Made by a program: the position numbers and the translations under genes. From positions 1-32,358 of the IMG/VR virus record IMGVR_UViG_3300044724_000125: 32,358 nucleotides of DNA; one strand, given 5' to 3'. This document shows positions 1-6,144 of this stretch, in pieces. The stretch comes from a virus. Taxonomy: Duplodnaviria > Caudoviricetes. The notes under the pieces were generated by a model, which saw nothing but the letters and a program-made list of their open reading frames with translations, was not told the origin of the DNA and did not search any database. The first letter of the stretch is position 1; each line of letters begins with the position of its first letter.

Positions 1-37
1 TGACCACTACCGAACTTGGTTTCAAGGAAAATATGGT

Positions 38-295
38 ATGAAATTATACGATATCAAGGTTGGTCGAAAGTGGGTGTTTATTCGTTCAAAATCTCACAGG
101 GCGAGACTTCCACTTGCGAAGTTTAAAACACAAGCGTTTGTTCAATGGCATTGTGATGCAAGAACTCACGCTAGTTCAGAGACTTACGCTGAAACAGGTA
201 GGTATAAAAAGAGCAGAGGTTGGTGGAAAAACTATGGTTTTGAATCTAATCCTGCAGATGTAAATTATGACCGAGGACACTTGATATGGAAATAA
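38..295 (+). CDS. hypothetical early protein (85 aa, basic)
   Basis: ATG-initiated ORF overlapping the next ORF; no recognisable motif. Confidence 0.55.
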   Translation: MKLYDIKVGRKWVFIRSKSHRARLPLAKFKTQAFVQWHCDARTHASSETYAETGRYKKSRGWWKNYGFESNPADVNYDRGHLIWK

Positions 296-507
296 ATGAA
301 AACATATGCGTTTGTGAAATGTGTAAACTTCCTTCCGATTTCGGTAAAGAAGTTTCTCGTGAAGTAAACGACACCGAAGGTTTTATAACTTATGAGCATG
401 GAATCATGTATGGTTCTGTGGAAGATGAAGATACTTATTGGTGTAATGATTGTTCTGAATCAGAAACAAAAGCTTACAACGAATGGTTTTGGGGGGAAAC
501 TACATAA
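286..507 (+). CDS. small acidic protein with two CxxC pairs (possible Zn ribbon)
   Basis: GAGGA RBS upstream; CEMC and CNDC motifs. Confidence 0.6.
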   Translation: MEINENICVCEMCKLPSDFGKEVSREVNDTEGFITYEHGIMYGSVEDEDTYWCNDCSESETKAYNEWFWGETT

Positions 508-535
508 ATATAAATACTTACCTGTGCTATCTCAC

Positions 536-565
536 TTGACAAGAGGTAGCACTTGGGGGTACAAT
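536..565 (+). promoter_or_regulatory. sigma70-type early promoter P1
   Basis: TTGACA (536-541), 18 bp, TACAAT (560-565) in an intergenic gap. Confidence 0.75.
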
Positions 566-615
566 GCTCGGCAACTAACGACTGCTCACTCAGTCATTTT
601 AAAGGTACTTACTTT

Positions 616-876
616 ATGAAAACAAAATGTGAAAATCCTAATGGTCTTGCGAATATGAAAGCTATTAAAGATAAAAAAGCTAAAAAGCTAATGATATTTA
701 ACACTCTATGGAATGTTAAACAATACTTAGCTGAACATAATTATCGTTTATTATCTAATCATTCTTTTAAAAATGATGTTTATACTTTGTATAACAGAGG
801 TTCTAAAATTATTTCTGTTAAGCCTTTCATACAAAACTATGACCATATTAAATATCAAATCGAGGTAATCAAATAA
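616..876 (+). CDS. hypothetical early protein; start reassigned to ATG 616
   Basis: AAGGT upstream of ATG 616; the track start at 553 lies inside the promoter. Confidence 0.65.
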   Translation: MKTKCENPNGLANMKAIKDKKAKKLMIFNTLWNVKQYLAEHNYRLLSNHSFKNDVYTLYNRGSKIISVKPFIQNYDHIKYQIEVIK

Positions 877-1148
877 TGAAACAAGGACACTTAATAAATA
901 AAATTAATAAACTTATCCCTGTTGCAAAAGCAACACCTATGTCAGAATTTTATGATGACGATAGTACAGGTATTTGGATAAGAGGTAGTGAATATTCCTA
1001 CAAAGGTTCTTTATCTTATGATAGATTATTATTTGAATATTACTTAGAGGACGAAGCTGTTCATCCAGACTTAGCAAAAATAATAGAAGATGCTAATTGG
1101 ATGTGGGAACCTTATGATGCAGGTACATTAATGCTTTATCCTAATTAA
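876..1148 (+). CDS. hypothetical early protein (90 aa)
   Basis: GAGGT RBS, TAATG stop/start coupling. Confidence 0.75.
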   Translation: MKQGHLINKINKLIPVAKATPMSEFYDDDSTGIWIRGSEYSYKGSLSYDRLLFEYYLEDEAVHPDLAKIIEDANWMWEPYDAGTLMLYPN

Positions 1149-1171
1149 ACTATTTACCCCTGTGTTCTCAC

Positions 1172-1201
1172 TTGACATGGGGGTTGCTTTGATGCTAAGA
1201 T
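1172..1201 (+). promoter_or_regulatory. sigma70-type early promoter P2 (extended -10)
   Basis: TTGACA (1172-1177), 18 bp, TG-c-TAAGAT (1196-1201); flanks homologous to P1. Confidence 0.7.
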
Positions 1202-1206
1202 AGTGG

Positions 1207-1425
1207 CAACTAAATGAGCAGTAAGCAAAAGAGCTGAAAATAAAATCAGATAAAATAATAATGCTTACTTCTAAGGGACATGGAGAAACACCAGCGTAAT
1301 AGCGAAAACTTGTAAAACTATTTCAAAATAACCTGCATGAAACTCCCCCGACTTAAACATTCGCTATAGATTTGTTTTAGAAATTACCATGTGCTAGTTC
1401 ATGGTTAAAAACTAACTAGCACCTT
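1207..1425 (+). ncRNA. putative structured leader/ncRNA A
   Basis: No long ORF; stems AGTAAGCA(1220-27)/TGCTTACT(1262-69), GGGA-CATG(1275-82)/CATG..TCCC(1336-47), ATAGCGAA(1299-1306)/TTCGCTAT(1360-67), terminal pseudoknot 1386-1421. Confidence 0.5.
1386..1421 (+). promoter_or_regulatory. H-type RNA pseudoknot PK1
   Basis: S1 ACCATG(1386-91)/CATGGT(1400-05); S2 (T)GCTAGTT(1392-99)/AACTAGC(A)(1414-21); loop TAAAAACT. Confidence 0.7.
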
Positions 1426-1454
1426 TATTAACCTTAATAACTATGGAGATAGAT

Positions 1455-1880
1455 ATGTCAAAATTGATATACAGCAGAAATGGTAGCGAGACTACTGAAA
1501 GCATTACTAATGCACAACCTCAGATTCAAGCAATATGGAATCAAGCACATAGATTTGGTGCGAATATTGTAAGAGTAAGAGCAGAAAAATTACGCTATGG
1601 TAATAGCACAGGTAAAACTTTTAATTCTTTTCATGAAGGTTATGTATCAGTCTATAAGCAAAAAGATAAAATTCATGAGAGTGATGCCTTATACTTTGCT
1701 AGAAAAATACCTCTTACCAAAGTAAACAAAGGTATGCAAATACTTGAGATAGCATCTAATGTAGATGTCCAAGATACTTTAGATACTATTGATACTATTC
1801 AATACTACTCAGAGACTTCTTTCTTAGGAAGACTTTACAATAGAATTGTTTACGGGACACCAATGTCTATAAATTCCTAG
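1455..1880 (+). CDS. hypothetical early protein; start likely ATG 1455
   Basis: GGAG at 1445-1448 precedes in-frame ATG 1455. Confidence 0.75.
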   Translation: MSKLIYSRNGSETTESITNAQPQIQAIWNQAHRFGANIVRVRAEKLRYGNSTGKTFNSFHEGYVSVYKQKDKIHESDALYFARKIPLTKVNKGMQILEIASNVDVQDTLDTIDTIQYYSETSFLGRLYNRIVYGTPMSINS

Positions 1881-1894
1881 ATTAAATTCGGGGT

Positions 1895-1923
1895 AAGTGT
1901 GGGTATCACTTGAAAACTACCCA
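1895..1923 (+). promoter_or_regulatory. H-type RNA pseudoknot PK2 (followed by T7 tract, may double as terminator)
   Basis: S1 AAGTG(1895-99)/CACTT(1907-11); S2 (T)GGGTA(1900-05)/TACCC(A)(1918-23); loop GAAAAC. Confidence 0.62.
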
Positions 1924-1956
1924 TTTTTTTAACGCTAATATTTTTGGAGATATATT

Positions 1957-2409
1957 ATGGCACAGATGAGAGTAAAAGACCAAGACCTAGTTGTAGAACA
2001 GGTTGTAGAAAAGATTGAAGCTACTGAACTTAATAAGTTCAAAGCTCGTAAAGATGTTCAAGCAGTTCAATCTGATATTGAAGCAAGAATCGAAGTAATT
2101 TCAAGACTTTTTGAACAATACAAAAAGCTTGAAGAAAATATCAAAGCTGAACAACAAGAACTAAAAGATTTAGTCCAAGGATTTCAAAAAGCTAATGGTT
2201 TTGAATATAGTTCTTATGCTACTAAACAAGGTATATGGTTAGACAATATTTCAACATATGGTGTTTCAATCCCTGAACTAAAACTTGTATGGCAACTACC
2301 TTATACAAAAAAGCATGAGATATCTACTAAACTCAGACTTCAAACTATGGGTGGAGACTTTGATGTCTACAAACTTATTGAGGAGTTGACAGCAGAGTTT
2401 AGTTCGTAG
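1957..2409 (+). CDS. hypothetical coiled-coil early protein (150 aa)
   Basis: GGAG RBS; heptad-like helical N-terminal half. Confidence 0.8.
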   Translation: MAQMRVKDQDLVVEQVVEKIEATELNKFKARKDVQAVQSDIEARIEVISRLFEQYKKLEENIKAEQQELKDLVQGFQKANGFEYSSYATKQGIWLDNISTYGVSIPELKLVWQLPYTKKHEISTKLRLQTMGGDFDVYKLIEELTAEFSS

Positions 2410-2415
2410 TATAAT
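2386..2415 (+). promoter_or_regulatory. sigma70-type promoter P3
   Basis: TTGACA (2386-2391), 18 bp, TATAAT (2410-2415). Confidence 0.8.
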
Positions 2416-2418
2416 AAT

Positions 2419-2703
2419 TTTGTAGTTAGAAAGTGAGCCTTATAAAATCCTTTGGAGTCCATTATAAATCCTAGATTAAATTCGGGGACATGGAAAACAT
2501 CAAGGTTAGGATAAAAGTAAATGAGAACTAAACCACCATGCACTAACTACAAATTTGTCCGAGGAACTATCTGCGAGTTTCACAATGATTGTTGCAACAG
2601 TCGTGGAACTAAAGAAGAGAAGGACAAACACTCATCAGTCCCTAGAGTGTGAGTATAAATCTAGGATAGGGGTAGGTTGGTAGTCCTACACAAAAAACTA
2701 CCA
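2419..2703 (+). ncRNA. putative structured leader/ncRNA B (~285 nt)
   Basis: Begins at the expected start of P3; 11-bp stem 2419-29/2543-53, long hairpin 2554-2628, two pseudoknot candidates 2630-2665 and 2672-2703. Confidence 0.55.
2672..2703 (+). promoter_or_regulatory. H-type RNA pseudoknot PK3
   Basis: S1 GTAGG(2672-76)/CCTAC(2685-89); single T; S2 TGGTAGT(2678-84)/ACTACCA(2697-2703); loop ACAAAAA. Confidence 0.7.
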
Positions 2704-2724
2704 CTTAATTTATAGGAGATAAAT

Positions 2725-2973
2725 ATGCAAACTATATATCAAATCGTTGAAGAGGTATGCTTGAGAGACTTTCCAATTCTTGGAAGACTATCTGAAGCAC
2801 AACAAAATAAATTTATTGACAACATCTATCAAGATGTATTGTCAGGTGATAATCCTTCTGAGATTGCAGAGCATGAACTGTATGATTACATTGAAGAGTT
2901 TATTGTAAAGTCTATTATAAAAATGTTAATATCTTTGGAGGAAAACTCTAATGCCTTACAAAACATGTCATAG
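2725..2973 (+). CDS. small acidic hypothetical protein
   Basis: AGGAG RBS; no motif. Confidence 0.7.
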   Translation: MQTIYQIVEEVCLRDFPILGRLSEAQQNKFIDNIYQDVLSGDNPSEIAEHELYDYIEEFIVKSIIKMLISLEENSNALQNMS

Positions 2974-3415
2974 TTGTGATGAAACCAAAGAATTAAACAA
3001 GGATAATTTTCCACTTAGAAAAAATAAAAATGGTGTTGGTTATCGAGCACAATGCAGGTTATGTTATAACAAATTAAGAAGAACAAATCCAAGATATGCT
3101 AGAAAAAAATCTATTCAATTAGCAAAGGACAGGGCAGAGAAAAAAGGACTAGAGTTTAATTTATCATTAGATAAAGTTGTGTTTCCTGATACATGTCCAA
3201 TACTTAACATCAAGTTAGAACATGGCAATCAAGATTGGCAAACCTCACCATCTATTGATAGAATAGACAATAGTAAAGGATACACACTTGATAATATTAT
3301 TGTAGTGTCAGCACTTGCAAACAGTATTAAAAACTGTGCTACTTGGAAACAAATAATACAAGTAGGAAAATTTTATAAAAATTTAGAAAAGGAGAAGAAC
3401 CATGCCAAAATATAA
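2951..3415 (+). CDS. HNH/His-Me-like endonuclease with N-terminal Zn ribbon (possible homing endonuclease)
   Basis: CHSC...CRLC; CPIL...SPSIDRIDNSKGYTLDN...AN..K motif typical of phage HNH-like nucleases. Confidence 0.7.
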   Translation: MPYKTCHSCDETKELNKDNFPLRKNKNGVGYRAQCRLCYNKLRRTNPRYARKKSIQLAKDRAEKKGLEFNLSLDKVVFPDTCPILNIKLEHGNQDWQTSPSIDRIDNSKGYTLDNIIVVSALANSIKNCATWKQIIQVGKFYKNLEKEKNHAKI

Positions 3416-4127
3416 TTTGCTATCTAGTGGTAGCACCAAGATTGAAAAGAGCAACAAGCTATCTGACAAATACTTTAGTCGGATAGTTTATTTAGCACCT
3501 GATGATTTAGCAGATGGCAAAAGAACTTTATGTCCATATGCTAAGATTGCCAAGTGTAGTGAAGCCTGTTTGAACACAGCAGGGATGGGTAAATTTTCTA
3601 ATGTTCAGCAGTCAAGAATTAGAAAATCTCTACTGTTTTTAAACGACCAGCAGGAGTTTATGAGACAGCTTGTACAAGACGTAAATAAATTTCTTAAGGA
3701 ATGTGATAGGCTTGGTAAAAAACCTGCCCTACGTCTTAATGGTACAAGTGATATTCAATGGGAAACTATCGAGGTTGATGGGTATAAAAATATCTTTGCC
3801 ATGTTTCCACAGATACAGTTTTATGACTACACAAAAATTCCAACACGTAAGGTAGAGCACATACCTAATTATCATTTGACTTGGTCTTACTCTGAAGCCA
3901 ATGATAAGTATGCTACTCTGTTCGATAAAGTCTCGAACAACATAGCAGTAGTCTTTCGTGATGCTCTACCTAAAATGTTTAAAGGTTTGAAAGTAATTGA
4001 TGGGGACAAACATGACATGAGATTCTTAGATGAAACTCAAGTGGTGGTAGGACTGATTGAAAAAGGTGAAGCCAAGAAGGATACTTCAGGCTTTGTAATT
4101 GATTTAATAAATGCGAGGGCAATATAA
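3402..4127 (+). CDS. phage Gp88-like protein (Cys triad, radical-SAM-like)
   Basis: CPYA..AKCSEACLNTAG, RLNGTSDI, FYDYTK, YHLTWS, IDGDKHDMRFLD motifs recalled from the GP88 family. Confidence 0.7.
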   Translation: MPKYNLLSSGSTKIEKSNKLSDKYFSRIVYLAPDDLADGKRTLCPYAKIAKCSEACLNTAGMGKFSNVQQSRIRKSLLFLNDQQEFMRQLVQDVNKFLKECDRLGKKPALRLNGTSDIQWETIEVDGYKNIFAMFPQIQFYDYTKIPTRKVEHIPNYHLTWSYSEANDKYATLFDKVSNNIAVVFRDALPKMFKGLKVIDGDKHDMRFLDETQVVVGLIEKGEAKKDTSGFVIDLINARAI

Positions 4128-4402
4128 TGTATGCAGAAAAACCAAAACCAGTAAACAAATACTTACAAGCAACTGATGTAGAGATAGCTGAAGTTGAAAT
4201 GGATAGGAAGTTCGAGGAACTTTATGATGGTATCGAAGATTTAAATTATAAACAAGAAGATTTTGAAGCTGATATTGATACTGTTCAATCAGATGTGGCA
4301 GATTTAAACATTGAAGTTAGTGGTTTGTTAAGAACTGTAGAAGACTTACAAGATACTATTCAAGAACTACAAGATAAACTAGAGGAACTAAATGATGAGT
4401 GA
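4127..4402 (+). CDS. highly acidic coiled-coil protein
   Basis: About 28 D/E in 91 aa with heptad hydrophobics. Confidence 0.7.
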   Translation: MYAEKPKPVNKYLQATDVEIAEVEMDRKFEELYDGIEDLNYKQEDFEADIDTVQSDVADLNIEVSGLLRTVEDLQDTIQELQDKLEELNDE

Positions 4403-4670
4403 AGACTATGACTATAAAAAAGCTACTATAATAGTAGAAAAAGCAATATCAAAAGCATTCTTTAATGGCTATGGCTTAATGTTTAAGTACCACAAGATTG
4501 AAACAGGTGAGTACGAACAACGAATGCTGTTGACTGTATCAGATATTAAATACAACCATGATGATGAAATTTTAGTAGGTGGTTGTATTAATAATGATGG
4601 GGATTACAGACAATTCTTTTTAGAAAACATGGAGTCTGTTAAACCTTTTAAGTATGTGTCTATTGACTAA
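4392..4670 (+). CDS. stand-alone WYL-like domain protein
   Basis: F.Y....G....R....L.G.....YRQFFLENM pattern resembles the WYL R-x-F signature; GAGGA RBS. Confidence 0.5.
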   Translation: MMSEDYDYKKATIIVEKAISKAFFNGYGLMFKYHKIETGEYEQRMLLTVSDIKYNHDDEILVGGCINNDGDYRQFFLENMESVKPFKYVSID

Positions 4671-4681
4671 GGAAAACTTTT

Positions 4682-5152
4682 ATGACAACTAAAAAAGACA
4701 AAGGTCGTTGGGTATATCAATTTACTTGTGCTGATACAGGTCAAAAAGTTTGGAAAAGATATACTAACGAAACAAGTGAAGATGTAATCAAGTTTTTAGA
4801 ATCTAAGAACTTAAAGTACATACTCAAAGGTGCTAACAATATTTCTATTTATACACATAAAGCTAAGTTTTCTTATTACTATACCACAGGTAGAGGAACA
4901 GGACTTTTTAATAGTGCATATCATGGTATGAAAGTACAAAAATATCTTCAGTTTAAAAACATTGAAGCTTTTTACAAAGAATTGTTAGAGCCTACTTTAA
5001 AACAAGAAGAAAAAAACTTAAACATTACTGAGGATAGTGTTAATGAAAGGTATGTCTACGAGAAAACAACAGGTAAAAACTTAAGTGAAACTTTTTATCC
5101 GAGGTATAGTGTTGATTTTTATGAGAAAGTTGACAAAAAAGATTGCTTATGA
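4682..5152 (+). CDS. hypothetical protein (156 aa)
   Basis: AAGGA RBS, intact ORF. Confidence 0.7.
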   Translation: MTTKKDKGRWVYQFTCADTGQKVWKRYTNETSEDVIKFLESKNLKYILKGANNISIYTHKAKFSYYYTTGRGTGLFNSAYHGMKVQKYLQFKNIEAFYKELLEPTLKQEEKNLNITEDSVNERYVYEKTTGKNLSETFYPRYSVDFYEKVDKKDCL

Positions 5153-5158
5153 TACAAT
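5130..5158 (+). promoter_or_regulatory. sigma70-type promoter P4 (extended -10)
   Basis: TTGACA (5130-5135), 17 bp, TG-a-TACAAT (5153-5158). Confidence 0.8.
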
Positions 5159-5186
5159 ATATCTTTTTATTTAAAGAGGATTATTT

Positions 5187-5402
5187 ATGGAATTTATATT
5201 AATAGTAGTGGGGGTTGTTATATTATTAACGACAACAGTTTTGTACATGTACTTGGTAGATGAGGAAAAGATAGAACCACACTACCCAACTACTGCACAG
5301 CGTGGAAACTTTTGGGATGCAGAGACTAAGAAGTTTTACAAGTGGGATGAGTTAATGGAACTTAAAAAAGAAAGAGAGGAACAAAATGACAGAACACATT
5401 GA
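5187..5402 (+). CDS. small membrane-anchored protein
   Basis: N-terminal ~24-aa hydrophobic helix; GAGGA RBS. Confidence 0.75.
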   Translation: MEFILIVVGVVILLTTTVLYMYLVDEEKIEPHYPTTAQRGNFWDAETKKFYKWDELMELKKEREEQNDRTH

Positions 5403-5586
5403 TGCTGTTGAACAACAGAGACAAATGCTTGAGTTAGAAAAACAAGCAAAGCGAGTTGTAGGTATTGACACAAGGTACAAAGATGGGTTATGGTATAAAC
5501 AAACAGTTGACTATGCTGATGGGCGAAGGGTTACAGAGTATAGAGATAAACGCAGAGCAACGATAGAGGAACATTATGAAAGGTGA
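5386..5586 (+). CDS. hypothetical protein (66 aa)
   Basis: GAGGA RBS, overlapping gene chain. Confidence 0.7.
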   Translation: MTEHIDAVEQQRQMLELEKQAKRVVGIDTRYKDGLWYKQTVDYADGRRVTEYRDKRRATIEEHYER

Positions 5587-5764
5587 AATATTTGGATTTG
5601 GAATTGGGTTAATGGTGGCTTTAATATTAATGAATGTAGTATTTATCGTGGAAGAAGTTAAAGAACAGAAAGGACAAAGCTATGAAGTTTGTCGAGATAA
5701 ACTGTTCAAAGCTTATCCACAAGAAGTAGATTACAAAAAGTGGAGGACATGTATTAATGGCTAA
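5576..5764 (+). CDS. small membrane protein with Cys pair
   Basis: GAGGA RBS; one TM helix, two Cys in C-terminal part. Confidence 0.7.
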   Translation: MKGEIFGFGIGLMVALILMNVVFIVEEVKEQKGQSYEVCRDKLFKAYPQEVDYKKWRTCING

Positions 5765-5906
5765 GACATGGACGAAGAGTACACATACTTCTGCTACACA
5801 AGGCAGAGGTAAAAAGACAAGTCAAGGTAGAGGTAATGTTGCTTTCTCTACCATGAACAAGAACAAGAAAAGCAACTTTAAAAAATATCGAGGGCAAGGA
5901 AAATGA
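5757..5906 (+). CDS. 49-aa basic peptide ending KKYRGQGK (not in ORF track)
   Basis: GGAGG RBS; MAKTWTKSTHTSATQGRGKKTSQGRGNVAFSTMNKNKKSNFKKYRGQGK fills the gap with overlapping start/stop; resembles small YRGQG-terminated peptides of marine phages. Confidence 0.75.
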   Translation: MAKTWTKSTHTSATQGRGKKTSQGRGNVAFSTMNKNKKSNFKKYRGQGK

Positions 5907-6144
5907 ATATTAAAATATTAAAAAACAAAGTAACTATTGAATTGACTACAAGCGAGTATGATGATATGTTCAAATACATTAACAAACTTAGAAGCATGTT
6001 ATCTACTTTGCATGAGACAAATGATTTGTGGTTGTCTGATGTTCATAATTTAGACAGTTTACAATATGATTTGGTTAATCTATTAGATGCTAAATGGGAT
6101 GCTGGTAGTTATAGATATGTTAAACGAGGGCAAGGTAAATGAAT
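5889..6144 (+). repeat. 20-bp direct repeat pair (5889-5908, 6125-6144)
   Basis: CGAGGGCAAGGAAAATGAAT vs CGAGGGCAAGGTAAATGAAT, 19/20 identical. Confidence 0.85.
5903..6142 (+). CDS. hypothetical protein (79 aa)
   Basis: ATGA-coupled at both ends. Confidence 0.7.
   Translation: MNIKILKNKVTIELTTSEYDDMFKYINKLRSMLSTLHETNDLWLSDVHNLDSLQYDLVNLLDAKWDAGSYRYVKRGQGK

Noticed and set aside
580-596. Long-range pairing of hairpin loop GCTCACT with AGTGAGC at 2432-2438
   Set aside because: A 7-nt match across 1.8 kb is expected by chance
60-619. Alternative-frame ORFs 60-263 and 392-619, and the 553 start
   Set aside because: Overlap better-supported ORFs or the P1 promoter and lack RBS
1386-2703. preQ1-I or SAM-II/SAM-V riboswitch identity for the pseudoknots
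   Set aside because: The AAAAACTA tail resembles preQ1-I, but the loops are fully paired and vary between copies, with no conserved ligand-binding nucleotides and no matching metabolic genes downstream
2450-2720. CsrA/RsmA sponge (several GGA motifs)
   Set aside because: GGA enrichment is modest and most copies are in stems rather than hairpin loops
1148-2725. tRNA, hammerhead or pistol ribozyme, or CRISPR array in the intergenic gaps
   Set aside because: No cloverleaf with T-loop, no CTGANGA/GAAA core with proper stems, no regularly spaced identical repeats
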